Shown: positions 29,373 to 41,219, numbered from the stretch's first letter. The stretch is DNA of 64,000 nucleotides from Planktotalea sp. (GCF_018607965.1 NZ_JABBAM010000065.1:16922-80921), one strand, 5' to 3'. Numbers and translations are program-made. Notes: a model not told the origin generated them from the sequence alone.

Positions 29373-30132
29373 GTTCGTTTCCTTTGCTCAGCGTTGTTTT
29401 CCACAGCTGTTCATTGCGGATTGGCATTTTCGTTCCCGCAAGCGCGAACATATGCCAGAAGAAGGCTTGGTTTGACGACAATGCAGGCTTGTTGCACCCC
29501 GCCTCAACGTCTTTCAAGATCGAGAACGTGCGCAGGTTGGTGCAACTCATGAACACAGCCTCTGCGCCCGTGTCTTTGCCCAGCTTTATGGCCGCATCGC
29601 GGGTCGAGGATGGATCAATCCGCGCGACTTTCGTCTCGACCGGTTCATTGAACGTGCCAAACACGGGCGTGTCGATCCCATTGGCTGACAGAGCCGTTCG
29701 CAAACTCTCGCTCACCTCTTCCGCGTAGGGGGTCAGCAAGGCCAGCTTGCTGATGCCAACCGACGTGCAGGCCGCAATCAAAGCGCTGACGGGGTTCGTG
29801 ACATGTACCGTTTTGCATCCACCGCTGACCAATTGCTCCACACGTTCAGACCCGATGACACTAGAGGCAGACGTGCATCCGTAGCCCACTACGTCAAAAT
29901 CTACGGTCTTTGGCAGCAAGCCTGCCGCGCGCGGCAAGTCCGCCTCCATCGCGGACAGGCTTTCATTGGACACCTCAGATGCGCTTGGAATGCGCGACAC
30001 AAAGGCCGCGACGTCCTTGTTTGGCAGAACCTGACGCAATTCAGATTCCATCGTTTCGTCCGATTGCAGAACGATCAGCCCAAGGCGTCCGTCTGTGCCA
30101 ATCTGCGGGGCTAATGTGTAGGGTAGGCTCAT
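29362..30132 (-). CDS. Asp/Glu racemase / maleate isomerase family protein (EutA-like)
   Basis: GLIVLQSDETME, GYGCTSAS and FMSCTNLR two-Cys motifs. Confidence 0.85.
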   Translation of the reverse strand: MSLPYTLAPQIGTDGRLGLIVLQSDETMESELRQVLPNKDVAAFVSRIPSASEVSNESLSAMEADLPRAAGLLPKTVDFDVVGYGCTSASSVIGSERVEQLVSGGCKTVHVTNPVSALIAACTSVGISKLALLTPYAEEVSESLRTALSANGIDTPVFGTFNEPVETKVARIDPSSTRDAAIKLGKDTGAEAVFMSCTNLRTFSILKDVEAGCNKPALSSNQAFFWHMFALAGTKMPIRNEQLWKTTLSKGNERVR

Positions 30133-31271
30133 CCGTCCAACCTGACCATTTGCTCTGGTGGTTTGGGCGACAGCCGTTCCCAGCCCGTCGCGGTGACAAC
30201 ATAATCATCTTCATGCACAATCAAGCCTGCACCACCAGACACGGACACACCCGGTTCAAGCGTGATCACCATGCCCTCCTCCAGCACCGTGTGATCATCC
30301 GCGGTAAACGACAGGCCCTCAGTCAGTTGCAAACCCAAGCCATGCCCTAAACGCCCCGCGCTTTGGCCACCTGCCCCGCCCGTGCAGATCTTGTCCATCG
30401 CATAGAACACATCCGACGCCGTGTTACCGGCCCTCAAAGCGCCCTCGCCTGCTTGCATAGCTATCATCAGATTTTCATAAGCGCGCGTTGCGGCATCGCT
30501 TGGCTTTCCAACTGCGAAATTGCGGTCAAAGTCGCTAAAATAGCCGTCTTTGATAACGCCTGTATCCAGCATCAGAATGTCACCAACTTCTAAAGGCGCG
30601 TCGCTTGCTGGGGAAATCACATCATCGTAGCCATCCGCGCCCGCACCGCCCGCCAAATACGGCACCCAATCTGCGCCTTCCTCAAGGCACAACATTTGAA
30701 AACCGCGAAACACTGACGACAACGGCGTTCGTGCGCGCGCAATTTCAGGCAAGAGCGCAAACGCACCGCCAGCAATCTGACAGGCTGCGCGGATCGCGTC
30801 GACCTCTGCGGGGCTTTTCACCATACGCGCGGCGCGCATGACGCCGTGATCTGTGCTGATCGTCACGTCACCCGACAACCGCATCCAATCGCCCAGAGGC
30901 ATCCTCAGATGGCTCTCGATTCCGAAGGGCGTGCCAATAGGATCACTGCCAGCGACGTCACGCAACGTGCTCGTCAAAAGGGAAACCCCATCGTCAGAAT
31001 AGTTTGGTGCAGACCATGTGCGGATATCCTCCACCACGGTTTGCGCCATCAAAGCAGCGCCGATCGAGGGGATCACTGCAATTGGCAGACCCTTTGCTGG
31101 CAACACCAGAAACCAAGGGCGCGTCGGGCTTTCCCAGAACCGCGTCAGATAGCCCGTCAGATAGCGGATGTCGGCCTCTTGCGTCAGCAAAAGTGCGCCA
31201 AGCCCGTGTGCGGCCATGCGGGTCTGCACGCCTTTGATACGCGTCAGGTACTCGCAGCGTTCGAACATCAT
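30129..31271 (-). CDS. M24 family metallo-hydrolase (Xaa-Pro peptidase / DoeA-EutD-like)
   Basis: LDTG..SDFDR, GHGLG, TLEPG and HEDD pita-bread metal ligands. Confidence 0.85.
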   Translation of the reverse strand: MMFERCEYLTRIKGVQTRMAAHGLGALLLTQEADIRYLTGYLTRFWESPTRPWFLVLPAKGLPIAVIPSIGAALMAQTVVEDIRTWSAPNYSDDGVSLLTSTLRDVAGSDPIGTPFGIESHLRMPLGDWMRLSGDVTISTDHGVMRAARMVKSPAEVDAIRAACQIAGGAFALLPEIARARTPLSSVFRGFQMLCLEEGADWVPYLAGGAGADGYDDVISPASDAPLEVGDILMLDTGVIKDGYFSDFDRNFAVGKPSDAATRAYENLMIAMQAGEGALRAGNTASDVFYAMDKICTGGAGGQSAGRLGHGLGLQLTEGLSFTADDHTVLEEGMVITLEPGVSVSGGAGLIVHEDDYVVTATGWERLSPKPPEQMVRLDG

Positions 31272-32254
31272 TCACCCTCGCTGAGGATGCAGAGAACTTT
31301 TGCGCCCTCAGGTAAGTCGCTCAATAAAGCAGCCGTAATACCAGCGGACCCTGACGTGCTGGACGCCAAGCCAAGTGCTGCGAGTTTCGGCAAGGTCGCG
31401 AATGCTTCTTCCTCGGTTATCAGCGTAATGGAATCTGTATCACGAGACAGACCTTTCAAGGCAATCAAAGACGCTTCTTTACAATCAAGGCGACCCATGT
31501 CCGAGACGGGCCCAGTGGACACAGCAAAACCACCTGCCTGAATGGACTCGAAAATCGCGGGGGCGAATTCGGGTTCAACCACCGTAATATGAGGTTCATC
31601 CCCCCAAACATCACGGAACAAGGCAGCGCATGCCCCAGCCAACCCACCAACACCCGCTTGCAAGAATATATGCGTGGGCGCGTCCATCTGTTCAGTGCAC
31701 TCAGCTGCCATTGCGAGGTATCCCTCCATCAAACGGTGCGGCAAATCGAAATATCCATCCCAAGAACTGTCTGACAATAAGGTCCAGCCATTCGCAGCCG
31801 CCGCAGCTTGGGCACCCGCCATGCTGGCCTCATAATCATCACCCTCGATAACCACGTCTGCGCCTTTTTCACGCAGTCGATCTGCGAAATCACTCGGTAC
31901 AGTCTTGGCCAAATAGATCACCGCCTTTGCGCCGAACACTTTAGCGCCCGCCGCGACCGACATCCCATGATTGCCAGCACTCGCAGTGATATATGTGCGC
32001 CCTTCCAATGAACCCAGCTGTGCCTCATGCGCGATCACATAGGCCGCGCCAAGCGCTTTGAAACTACCCAAACCCATGCGTCCGCGTTCGTCTTTGATGT
32101 GCAGTGCAAGCGCTTGAACCATTGGCGTGACCCCATGCGACGGACAACGATCCAACAAGGCACGTGGCGCTGCGGCATCCACAGAGGGCGCAGGCACGGC
32201 TTCAAATCCAGTCTTAAATCCAGTGCCGCGATAAGGGTTAACGATGGTGCGCAT
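31268..32254 (-). CDS. PLP-dependent ammonia-lyase (diaminopropionate ammonia-lyase-like, fold type II)
   Basis: GLGSFKALG PLP lysine; ASAGNHG and QAGVGG motifs. Confidence 0.85.
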   Translation of the reverse strand: MRTIVNPYRGTGFKTGFEAVPAPSVDAAAPRALLDRCPSHGVTPMVQALALHIKDERGRMGLGSFKALGAAYVIAHEAQLGSLEGRTYITASAGNHGMSVAAGAKVFGAKAVIYLAKTVPSDFADRLREKGADVVIEGDDYEASMAGAQAAAAANGWTLLSDSSWDGYFDLPHRLMEGYLAMAAECTEQMDAPTHIFLQAGVGGLAGACAALFRDVWGDEPHITVVEPEFAPAIFESIQAGGFAVSTGPVSDMGRLDCKEASLIALKGLSRDTDSITLITEEEAFATLPKLAALGLASSTSGSAGITAALLSDLPEGAKVLCILSEGE

Positions 32255-32393
32255 ATTAAATCTCCCAATTTGCGCCCACATCAATCCAAAACCCAAGACA
32301 GGTCAACGCGGGAAATGAACATCCTGTCGCATTGCCCCTAGGACGCTTTGTCAGTATGAGACGCGCAACTTCACGTTTTGGGGACCAAACTGG

Positions 32394-34553
32394 ATGCAAG
32401 AACCTGCCATTACCACTGATCTGATCGCCTCGCACGGGCTAAGCGCTGACGAATATCAAGTTATTCTAGGGCTGATTGGCCGCGAGCCATCCTACACAGA
32501 ACTTGGCATTTTTTCGGCCATGTGGAACGAACATTGCTCTTATAAGTCCTCCAAAAAATGGCTGCGCACACTTCCTACGCAGGGCCCTCAGGTCATTTGC
32601 GGCCCCGGCGAAAACGCAGGTATTGTTGATATTGGCGACGGTCAAGCGGTTGTTTTCAAAATGGAAAGCCACAACCACCCCTCTTATATCGAACCCTATC
32701 AAGGTGCGGCGACGGGCGTTGGAGGCATCTTGCGCGATGTCTTCACGATGGGCGCGCGTCCAATTGCGGCGATGAATTCGCTTAGCTTTGGCGAGGTATC
32801 CCACCACAAAACGCGCCAGCTTGTGAACGGCGTCGTTGAGGGCGTTGGTGGTTACGGCAACTGCTTTGGTGTTCCCACGGTGGGAGGTGAAGTGCGCTTT
32901 GATCCGGCCTACAATGGCAACTGCCTTGTGAACGCGTTCGCGGCGGGTCTCGCGGATACGGACAAGATTTTTTACTCGGCGGCCTCAGGTATTGGCATGC
33001 CTGTTGTTTATCTGGGTGCGAAAACGGGTCGTGACGGTGTTGGCGGCGCGACGATGGCGTCTGCGGAATTTGATGACACGATTGAAGAAAAGCGCCCCAC
33101 TGTTCAGGTCGGTGATCCATTCACCGAAAAGCGCCTGATGGAAGCCACGCTAGCGCTGATGCAAACGGGCGCTGTGATTTCTATTCAGGACATGGGCGCG
33201 GCTGGTCTGACCTGTTCTGCGGTTGAAATGGGCGACAAGGGTGGCCTTGGTGTGCGCCTTGATCTGGAACGCGTACCCGTGCGTGAAACCAACATGACTG
33301 CCTATGAAATGATGCTGTCTGAGTCTCAGGAACGCATGTTGATGGTTCTGAAACCCGAGCTGGAAGCAGAAGCGAAAGCCGTGTTCGACAAATGGGACCT
33401 TGATTTCGCAATCGTGGGTGAAACAATTGAAGAAGATCGCTTTCTCATCATGCACAACGGCAAAATGAAGGCTGATTTGCCCTTGAGCAAACTCGCGTCT
33501 TCCGCACCTGAGTATGATCGCCCATGGGTGGCAACACCTGCGGCTGATCCACTGGAAGATGTCCCACAGATTGACCCAATTGACGGATTGAAGGCGCTGC
33601 TTTCAACGGCCAACTATGCGTCAAAACGCTGGGTGTTCGAACAATATGATGCGCAAGTTATGGGTGACACGATCCGTATTCCCGGTGCTGGCGCTGGTAT
33701 CGTGCGTGTGCACGGTACACCTAAGGCGCTGGCATTCACATCCGATGTGACCCCGCGCTATGTGATGGCGAACCCTGTTGAGGGTGGGAAACAGGCCGTT
33801 GCCGAAGCGTACCGTAACCTCACAGCTGTGGGCGCGAAGCCCTTGGCGACAACAGACAATATGAATTTCGGCAATCCTGAAAAGCCAGAAATCATGGGCC
33901 AGTTCGTTGGCGCAATCCAAGGCATCGGCGAAGCGGTAACTGCGCTAGATATGCCTATCGTGTCGGGCAACGTGTCGCTTTACAATGAAACCGATGGCAC
34001 AGGCATTTTGCCAACGCCGACAATTGGTGCCGTTGGGTTGCTGAACTCGGAAGACGAATTGATTAACGCAGATGTACGCGAGGGTCATGTTGCGATCCTT
34101 GTGGGTGTGACCGAGGGCCATCTTGGCCAATCCGCTTTGCTTAACGAAGTGTTCAACCGCACTGACGGTGACGCGCCACATGTGGATCTGGCAGCAGAAG
34201 TAAAGAACGGCGATTTCATCCGCGCCAACCGCGACTGGATCAAAGCCTGTACAGATTTGTCTGACGGTGGTCTTGCGCTGGCAGCCTACGAAATGGCAGC
34301 AACCGCTGACGTAGGTGTCACACTTGATAGCGGCGATACGCCAGACTTGTTCGGCGAAGACCAAGCGCGCTACTTGATTGCCTGCAATTTCGACCAAGCC
34401 GAAGCGCTGATGATTGCAGCGGGTCAAGCAGGCGTCACATTGGCGTTTGTTGGCAAGTTCGGCGGCGAGGACGTCACGATGGGTGGATCATCTGCGCCTT
34501 TGGCCGAGTTGAAAGCAATGTCAGAGAGCGTATTTCCAACGCTCTTTTCATAA
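32394..34553 (+). CDS. purL: Phosphoribosylformylglycinamidine synthase subunit PurL
   Basis: [17 protein letters not shown] and GNVSLYNE motifs. Confidence 0.98.
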   Translation: MQEPAITTDLIASHGLSADEYQVILGLIGREPSYTELGIFSAMWNEHCSYKSSKKWLRTLPTQGPQVICGPGENAGIVDIGDGQAVVFKMESHNHPSYIEPYQGAATGVGGILRDVFTMGARPIAAMNSLSFGEVSHHKTRQLVNGVVEGVGGYGNCFGVPTVGGEVRFDPAYNGNCLVNAFAAGLADTDKIFYSAASGIGMPVVYLGAKTGRDGVGGATMASAEFDDTIEEKRPTVQVGDPFTEKRLMEATLALMQTGAVISIQDMGAAGLTCSAVEMGDKGGLGVRLDLERVPVRETNMTAYEMMLSESQERMLMVLKPELEAEAKAVFDKWDLDFAIVGETIEEDRFLIMHNGKMKADLPLSKLASSAPEYDRPWVATPAADPLEDVPQIDPIDGLKALLSTANYASKRWVFEQYDAQVMGDTIRIPGAGAGIVRVHGTPKALAFTSDVTPRYVMANPVEGGKQAVAEAYRNLTAVGAKPLATTDNMNFGNPEKPEIMGQFVGAIQGIGEAVTALDMPIVSGNVSLYNETDGTGILPTPTIGAVGLLNSEDELINADVREGHVAILVGVTEGHLGQSALLNEVFNRTDGDAPHVDLAAEVKNGDFIRANRDWIKACTDLSDGGLALAAYEMAATADVGVTLDSGDTPDLFGEDQARYLIACNFDQAEALMIAAGQAGVTLAFVGKFGGEDVTMGGSSAPLAELKAMSESVFPTLFS

Positions 34554-34621
34554 GCACCACTTGCTTGCGGCCTGCCCCGCTCGTACATTCGGAGCAACGA
34601 AATTAAGAAAGGTTACGATCC

Positions 34622-34858
34622 ATGGCGATCACCGCACAAGAGATTGAAGCACTTCTGCGCGAAGGCTTTCCCGACGGACAAGTCACCGTGCAAGGCAACG
34701 ACGGCCAGCACTACGCGGCTGAAGTCATCGATGCTTCCTTCAAAGGCAAGAACCGCGTTCAACAACAACGCGCTGTTTATGCTGCCCTAAAGGGTAAAAT
34801 GGACGGCAGCGCAGGTGAATTGCACGCGCTGGCCCTGACGACAAAAGCCCCTAGCTAA
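34622..34858 (+). CDS. bolA: BolA family protein
   Basis: GQHY, QQQRAVY and LHALAL motifs; adjacent to grxD. Confidence 0.9.
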   Translation: MAITAQEIEALLREGFPDGQVTVQGNDGQHYAAEVIDASFKGKNRVQQQRAVYAALKGKMDGSAGELHALALTTKAPS

Positions 34859-34891
34859 GTTTTACGCGCACATGCGCAACTGGAGATCACA

Positions 34892-35254
34892 ATGAGCGAC
34901 GTTAAAGAAACCATCCAAAAGACCGTCACTGACAACTCTGTCGTGTTGTTCATGAAGGGCACCAAAGAGATGCCACAGTGCGGATTTTCATCCCGTGTGG
35001 CTGGTGTTTTGAACTACATGGGCGTGGACTTTCAAGACGTGAACGTATTGGCTGATGAAAACATCCGCCAAGGCATCAAAGATTTCTCTGATTGGCCAAC
35101 GGTTCCACAGTTGTATGTCAAAGGCGAATTTGTTGGCGGCTGCGATATTATCACTGAGATGACTTTGTCAGGCGAATTGGACACGTTGTTCGACGAACAA
35201 GCCGTGACGTATGACAAGGATGCTGCGAACAAAATTCGCGAATCCAACGCTTAA
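34892..35254 (+). CDS. grxD: Monothiol glutaredoxin Grx4
   Basis: CGFS, WPTVPQLY and GGCDI motifs. Confidence 0.95.
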   Translation: MSDVKETIQKTVTDNSVVLFMKGTKEMPQCGFSSRVAGVLNYMGVDFQDVNVLADENIRQGIKDFSDWPTVPQLYVKGEFVGGCDIITEMTLSGELDTLFDEQAVTYDKDAANKIRESNA

Positions 35255-36096
35255 TCAGAAATTTCGTGCGCGGCGATATGATGACCGCTGCGCACGATTT
35301 TCTCGCTCGCGAGGGCCATTGATTTACGGCTTTCCGCCTCTGCCACACGCAATGGTGGATGATAGATTACTTCCACCGTTCCAGATCGACGCACAGCCAG
35401 CGTTTTGATCAGATGCGGGAAAAAATCCATGTCGCCCCACCACCCATAAAACCGGTTCTCTTCGCCGTCGGGGTGCACGTAGTTAACTGTAACTGGCTGA
35501 ACCCAAAGAATTTCCTTTAGCTCTGGCGTGAAGAAGGCCGCAAACAGTGTCGATTTGAACGGCAGAACGCGCTGACCATCCGTCGATGTTCCCTCTGGAA
35601 AGAACAGCAGCTTGTGACCCGCTTTCAAGCGGTCTTCAAACACCTCTTTCTGCGCGCGCGCTTGGCGTGGGTCGCGCGCAATGAAAACGGTGCCCGTCGC
35701 GCGCGCCAGCAGACCAATTCCAGGCCATTTGGCGACCTCTGACTTGGACACGAAATAAACACGTGCCGCAGCGTTCAGCGAAAAGATATCAAGCCACGAA
35801 CTGTGATTGGCTACAACCGCGCCCGCTTGCGTCATCTGCGCGCCTTTCGTGGTGAATTTCATGCCCATGATGCGAAACGCGTTACGGCACACAAACTGGG
35901 CAATGAAGGGCGTCACCGGACGGCGCATCCCAAAAAACGGGACTTCGATCAGGCGCAACGCCAAAAGCGCAATCAGGCACACAAAGATCAACACAATAAT
36001 TGGAACGGCGCGCGCGCCAAAGCGCAGCCAGCCCATCACGCCAATCTGACTTAGATCCACTGTGCCCGCGTCATCCGTTTGCCACGTTGGGGTCAT
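35251..36096 (-). CDS. olsA: Lyso-ornithine lipid O-acyltransferase (PlsC family)
   Basis: NHSSWLD and FPEGTST motifs; ATGA-coupled to an olsB-like gene. Confidence 0.8.
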   Translation of the reverse strand: MTPTWQTDDAGTVDLSQIGVMGWLRFGARAVPIIVLIFVCLIALLALRLIEVPFFGMRRPVTPFIAQFVCRNAFRIMGMKFTTKGAQMTQAGAVVANHSSWLDIFSLNAAARVYFVSKSEVAKWPGIGLLARATGTVFIARDPRQARAQKEVFEDRLKAGHKLLFFPEGTSTDGQRVLPFKSTLFAAFFTPELKEILWVQPVTVNYVHPDGEENRFYGWWGDMDFFPHLIKTLAVRRSGTVEVIYHPPLRVAEAESRKSMALASEKIVRSGHHIAAHEISD

Positions 36097-36863
36097 TGCG
36101 CGCGCTCCTGCGTGTAAAGACTGCGTTGTTTCACATTCATCTGTGCGACATCCAAAATCATACACACATCCGTCGTATTGAAATCGAAATCCAAGTAAGC
36201 CCCCGCACCGACGCACCCGCCAAGCCGCAAGTAGGCTTTTATCAATGCGGGGATTTGCGTCATGCAGGCTTTTCGATCAAGCGCGCCCTCGGCAATCAGC
36301 CCCATTTCCATAAACGGCATTCGCGCGGTTGGACACAGGTGCGCCACGGCTAAATGGCGGTGATGTAACAGCGACAAAGGCGCAGATAATGCGTTCATAT
36401 CAGTGCCACGAAAGCTGGCAGAGCCGAACAGCACATCGTATTTTTCATCCAAAACATGCGCCGCGAGCGCGGACCAAAGGTGAAACATCGCGGTTCCGCC
36501 ACGATAATCACGATGCAAGCAGGATCGGCCAAGCTCTAGCACCCTGCCTTGTGTCGTTAGCAACGGTGTCAGATCAAACTCACGCGTTGCGTAAAAGCCC
36601 CCTGCCGCTTTAGCACCGACCGTATCAAGCAGACGATATACACCCACAGCTTGGGTCGCGACATCGCCACCACGCGCGCAATCTAGCAAGAGCAGATGCT
36701 TGGAATGTGGGTCCCAGTGATCTTGTTCAAGACGTTGCGCGTGATCAACGCATGTACCAACGGCCCCAAGTTCTTCAACAAATACATCATAACGCAAGGT
36801 TTGCGCCACGCGCACATCGGCCTTGGAGTTGGCAAAGATCACTTTAAAATCTGGTTGCGCCAT
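36093..36863 (-). CDS. olsB: Ornithine N-acyltransferase (GNAT, OlsB family)
   Basis: LRYDVFVEELG, LELGRSC and LIKAYLRLG motifs. Confidence 0.82.
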   Translation of the reverse strand: MAQPDFKVIFANSKADVRVAQTLRYDVFVEELGAVGTCVDHAQRLEQDHWDPHSKHLLLLDCARGGDVATQAVGVYRLLDTVGAKAAGGFYATREFDLTPLLTTQGRVLELGRSCLHRDYRGGTAMFHLWSALAAHVLDEKYDVLFGSASFRGTDMNALSAPLSLLHHRHLAVAHLCPTARMPFMEMGLIAEGALDRKACMTQIPALIKAYLRLGGCVGAGAYLDFDFNTTDVCMILDVAQMNVKQRSLYTQERAQ

Positions 36864-36991
36864 GTGCCCAAGCAATCCTTCACCTCTGCTGCCGCAGATT
36901 TAGGCAATGCCTCGTCTGAATACAAGCACTTGCGTGCACCTATCTTGACGTGTGTTAGCTCAACTTTTAGGTGTTTACACAATCTTAACCT

Positions 36992-37177
36992 TCAACCCGC
37001 ATCAAAGACAGGATCCAAAGAAACGCGAGAGCCCTCAATGACCATTTTTCCCATTTCACGAAAGTTAACCGTGATGCGTCCATCAATCACGGATTGCACT
37101 TGGCCAATGCCCCATTCTGGTGCGCTTGGGTTACGCACCAACATTCCGGGTTCAAGAAACGCATTCATGTCAGTCAT
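36992..37177 (-). CDS. DUF3553 family small SH3-like protein
   Basis: LEPGMLVRNPSAPEWGIGQVQS..ITVNF motif; divergent from chpT. Confidence 0.8.
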   Translation of the reverse strand: MTDMNAFLEPGMLVRNPSAPEWGIGQVQSVIDGRITVNFREMGKMVIEGSRVSLDPVFDAG

Positions 37178-37203
37178 TGCCTTCATTCTTTCAGGAGGAT
37201 CAG

Positions 37204-37812
37204 ATGAACGAACATAGCTTGGAATTTGCAGCGTTGGTAGGGTCACGTATCTGCCATGACCTCATTAGCCCAATTGGCGCGATAAACAATGGGATGGAGC
37301 TGCTGTCCATGTCAGGCATGGCCAGCAGTCCCGAAATGGCATTGATTTCTGAAAGCGTCGACGCCACTAATGCGCGCATCCGCTTCTTTCGCATCGCATA
37401 CGGCGCGCCGAGCGAAACCCAATTTTTGGGACGCTCTGAGGTTCATCGATCTTGCGCGATACCACACGTGGCTCGCGCCTGTCGCTGATATGGCAGCCTC
37501 TAGAAGACCTGACACGCAGCGAAATTCATCACCTTCCTTGCTATTCAATGCGTCGAACAAGCCCTGCCCTACGGTGGTCAAGTCACCATCAGTCACACAA
37601 ACGGGCGGTGGCAATTAGACCTTGTGAGTGAGCGCTTCTTGATCGATCCCGATCTTTGGAGCTATTTTGAAGCTGGTTCAAAAGACCAAAAAAACCACGC
37701 AGACACGATCCCCGCACATGTGCAATTTCTCTTGCTTCCAATGCACGCCAACGCACAAGGTCGACGTGTCGCATTTTCCCAGAACGATGCATCGGTTAAC
37801 TTGCTGGTGTAA
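37204..37812 (+). pseudogene. chpT: Histidine phosphotransferase ChpT interrupted by two nearby indels
   Basis: SRICHDLISPIGAINNGMELL N-terminus and FLAIQCVEQALPYGG..PAHVQF C-terminus are in the same frame. The middle (about 37446-37530, SILRDTTRGSRLSLIWQP) reads in a shifted frame, and the in-frame reading stops at 37486-37488. Confidence 0.85.
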
Positions 37813-37814
37813 CC

Positions 37815-39080
37815 TTACTGTCGGGTCGTGCCATCGCCCTCAACAAGATATTTGAAGCTGGTCAATTGGCTTGCTCCAACAGGGCCGCGCGCGTGCATTT
37901 TTCCCGTGGCAATCCCGATCTCAGCGCCCATGCCGAACTCGCCCCCGTCCGCAAATTGGGTGGACGCATTGCGCATCAAAATTGCACTATCGAGCTGCGC
38001 AAAGAACTGAGCGGCGGCGCGGTCATCTTCGGTCATGATACAATCCGTGTGGTTCGATCCGAATTCGCGAATGTGGGAAATCGCGCCATCAATATCATCA
38101 ACAACCTTCGCCGCGATGATCATATCAAGAAATTCGTGACCAAAATCAGATTCTTGGGCGGGTGTCGTACCTTGAATTGAACTCAGAGAACCCTCTGCGC
38201 GAACATCGACACCCGCATCGATCAACGCGCGGATCAATCCGTGGCCAATCGTATCAACGACGTCCTTGTGGATCAGCAAACACTCCGCAGACCCACAAAT
38301 CCCAGTGCGCCGCGTCTTAGCATTTAGCACAACGTTCAATGTTTTAACGGGGTCCGCTGCGGCATCCAAATAGATGTGTACGATCCCCTCAAGATGAGCA
38401 AACACGGGCACGCGCGCTTCGCGCTGAACAAGACCGACCAAGCCCTTGCCCCCACGCGGCACAATCACATCAATCGTATCTGTCATGGTCAGCATTTCTT
38501 GCACTGCTGCGCGATCGCGAGTGGGCACAAGTTGGATGCAATCTGCAGGCAGGCCCGCCTTCACTGCGCCGTCAACCATTGCCGCGTGGATCGCGCTGGA
38601 GCTATGAAAACTCTCAGATCCACCGCGTAAAATCACGGCGTTGCCTGATTTCAAGCACAGTGCGCCCGCGTCAGCCGTTACATTTGGACGGCTTTCATAG
38701 ATCACGCCAATCACACCCAAAGGCGTACGCACGCGTCGGATGTGCAAGCCTGATGGCATATCCCATTCTGCTATGACTTCGCCAACTGGATCGATCTGTT
38801 CGGCGACCGCACGTAAGCTATCAACAATGCCTTGAATGCGGGGTTCATCTAACATCAAACGATCCATCATCGCATCTGACAGATCCTTCTCGCGGCCATA
38901 TTCCAGATCAAGCAGATTCGCTTGGATGATCGCATCACGGGTTTTCCATACCGCTTCTGCAGCCCCAATAAGGGCTGCATGTTTGCGCTCTGCCGATGCA
39001 CTGGCCAGTGACGCTGATGCCGCTTTCGCGCGCGCACCAATGTCTGCCATCAAGGCTGGAATACTATCAAAATCTTTCAT
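37815..39080 (-). CDS. proA: Gamma-glutamyl phosphate reductase
   Basis: [18 protein letters not shown] and GKMHARGP motifs. Confidence 0.96.
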   Translation of the reverse strand: MKDFDSIPALMADIGARAKAASASLASASAERKHAALIGAAEAVWKTRDAIIQANLLDLEYGREKDLSDAMMDRLMLDEPRIQGIVDSLRAVAEQIDPVGEVIAEWDMPSGLHIRRVRTPLGVIGVIYESRPNVTADAGALCLKSGNAVILRGGSESFHSSSAIHAAMVDGAVKAGLPADCIQLVPTRDRAAVQEMLTMTDTIDVIVPRGGKGLVGLVQREARVPVFAHLEGIVHIYLDAAADPVKTLNVVLNAKTRRTGICGSAECLLIHKDVVDTIGHGLIRALIDAGVDVRAEGSLSSIQGTTPAQESDFGHEFLDMIIAAKVVDDIDGAISHIREFGSNHTDCIMTEDDRAAAQFFAQLDSAILMRNASTQFADGGEFGMGAEIGIATGKMHARGPVGASQLTSFKYLVEGDGTTRQ

Positions 39081-39093
39081 CGCGGCCTCCATG

Positions 39094-40194
39094 TTATAGT
39101 GCCATATCGTCTCTGTGAATAAGCGCTGCGCGGCCTGCATAGCCAAGCAATTCTTCAATTTCGTGGCTTTGGTGGCCTTTGATGACCTTTGCCTCTGCAC
39201 TTGTGTAGCGCGTTAAACCAAGCCCAAGCGTACGGCCATCTGGATCTTCGATCGCCACGCTGTCACCGCGTTCAAACACGCCTATGATATCCGTAACACC
39301 CGCAGGCAAAAGGCTTTTTCCAGCATTCAATGCGCGCACGGCACCTGCATCCAAACGCACAGACCCTTGGGGTTTCATCGCTACAATCCATGCTTTACGC
39401 GCTGCATGCGGGTCAAGTTGCGCTGTGAACCACGTCGCATTCGCCCCTGCTTCAAGCGCGTGAATGGGGCGCAAGACGGACCCTTCCATAATCGCCATAG
39501 CACAGCCCGCAGACGTGGCCGTTTTGGCCGCCATCACTTTAGTTTTCATACCACCTTTGGACAGCGAGGATGTCGCGTCCTCTGCCATCGCTTCGATCTG
39601 GGGCGTGATATCGTCCACAACATCAAAACGTGTCGCGCTGGGGTCGATAGAGGGGTTCGCTGTATAAAGCCCGTCCACATCAGAGAGCAAGATCAAACGA
39701 TCCGCACCCACTGTGACAGCCACTTGCGCGGCCAGTCGGTCATTGTCACCAAACCGGATTTCATCCGTCGCAACCGTGTCGTTTTCATTTACAATCGGCA
39801 TTGCGCCGAGGCTCAGTAATTGTTCCAGCGTCGCACGTGTATTCAAGTAGCGACGTCGATTTGCGCTGTCTTCAAGTGTGACCAGAACCTGCGCGGTTGT
39901 GATGCCATGCGGCGCAAGCGCCTCTTCATAAGCGCGCGCAAGGCGGATTTGACCAACAGCCGCGGCCGCCTGACTTTGTTCCAGCGCAAGCGCAGTGCTT
40001 GGCAGCCCAAGCGCCCCGCGTCCCAAAGCGATTGATCCAGAGGACACGAGCACAACGTCTGTCCCACGTGAGCGCAGCATGACGACGTCGTCCGCTAGGC
40101 CTTTTAGCCACGCATTGCGCAAGCATCCCTGCTCGACCAAAAGGGCAGAGCCAATTTTAATAACAACACGTTTGGCAGTGCTTAAGGGCTCCAC
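39094..40194 (-). CDS. proB: Glutamate 5-kinase
   Basis: VIKIGSA, NENDTV and GDNDRL motifs; C-terminal PUA domain. Confidence 0.96.
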   Translation of the reverse strand: MEPLSTAKRVVIKIGSALLVEQGCLRNAWLKGLADDVVMLRSRGTDVVLVSSGSIALGRGALGLPSTALALEQSQAAAAVGQIRLARAYEEALAPHGITTAQVLVTLEDSANRRRYLNTRATLEQLLSLGAMPIVNENDTVATDEIRFGDNDRLAAQVAVTVGADRLILLSDVDGLYTANPSIDPSATRFDVVDDITPQIEAMAEDATSSLSKGGMKTKVMAAKTATSAGCAMAIMEGSVLRPIHALEAGANATWFTAQLDPHAARKAWIVAMKPQGSVRLDAGAVRALNAGKSLLPAGVTDIIGVFERGDSVAIEDPDGRTLGLGLTRYTSAEAKVIKGHQSHEIEELLGYAGRAALIHRDDMAL

Positions 40195-41219
40195 GGTTCA
40201 TCCTCTGCTTCGCCAATGTGAGCGCGCAGACGATCGTCGTCAATTTGTGCGCGCAAAGCCCGCAGCACATCCGTCGTGCCCAATTGTGCCGCACCAGACA
40301 TTTCCATTACAGGACCGCCGCTGGCTTTGTCCAACGCGGCCTTCGCCTCTGCACGCATTTCGTCATCAAGCGCGTCGACTTTGTTCAAGACCGTAATGCG
40401 CGGCTTTAGCGCAAGATCGCCACCGTAGGCCTCAAGTTCGCCAATGATGGTTTTGTAATCCTGCGCGACGTCCTCGGACGTGCCGTCAACCAAATGCAGC
40501 AAGACCGCACAGCGTTCTACATGCCCAAGGAAACGAACGCCAAGACCAACGCCTTCATGTGCACCCTCAATCAGACCCGGAATGTCAGCAACCACAAATT
40601 CAACACCGTCCACACCCACAACACCCAAATTCGGGTGCAACGTGGTGAACGGGTAGTCCGCAATCTTGGGGCGTGCGTTTGAGGTCGCTGCAAGGAACGT
40701 AGATTTGCCCGCATTCGGTAAGCCCAACAGACCAACATCCGCAATCAACTTCAGGCGCAACCAAATCGTACGCTCAACCCCTTCTTGACCCGGGTTTGCG
40801 CGGCGGGGGGCTTGATTTGTGGAAGATTTGAAGTGCAGGTTGCCGAAACCACCGTTGCCGCCTTTAGCAATCAGCACGCGTTCGCCAAGCACAGACATAT
40901 CCGCGATGACCGTTTCTTGGTCTTCGTCCATGATTTCTGTACCAACAGGCACGCGCAAGATGATGTCATCGCCATCTTTACCCGTACGACCCTGCCCCAT
41001 ACCCGGCTGCCCACTTTTGGCAAAAAAGTGCTGCTGATAGCGAAAATCAATCAGCGTGTTCAAGCCATCGACGGTTTCGACCCAAACAGAACCACCGCCG
41101 CCGCCATCGCCCCCATTCGGGCCACCGTATTCGATAAACTTCTCACGGCGAAAGCTGACAGAACCGCCACCGCCGCCGCCAGAACGGATGTAGACTTTGG
41201 CGAGATCTAAGAATTTCAT
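40182..41219 (-). CDS. obgE: GTPase Obg/CgtA
   Basis: MKFLD glycine-rich N-terminus; [19 protein letters not shown] and NKVD motifs. Confidence 0.97.
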   Translation of the reverse strand: MKFLDLAKVYIRSGGGGGGSVSFRREKFIEYGGPNGGDGGGGGSVWVETVDGLNTLIDFRYQQHFFAKSGQPGMGQGRTGKDGDDIILRVPVGTEIMDEDQETVIADMSVLGERVLIAKGGNGGFGNLHFKSSTNQAPRRANPGQEGVERTIWLRLKLIADVGLLGLPNAGKSTFLAATSNARPKIADYPFTTLHPNLGVVGVDGVEFVVADIPGLIEGAHEGVGLGVRFLGHVERCAVLLHLVDGTSEDVAQDYKTIIGELEAYGGDLALKPRITVLNKVDALDDEMRAEAKAALDKASGGPVMEMSGAAQLGTTDVLRALRAQIDDDRLRAHIGEAEDEPWSP

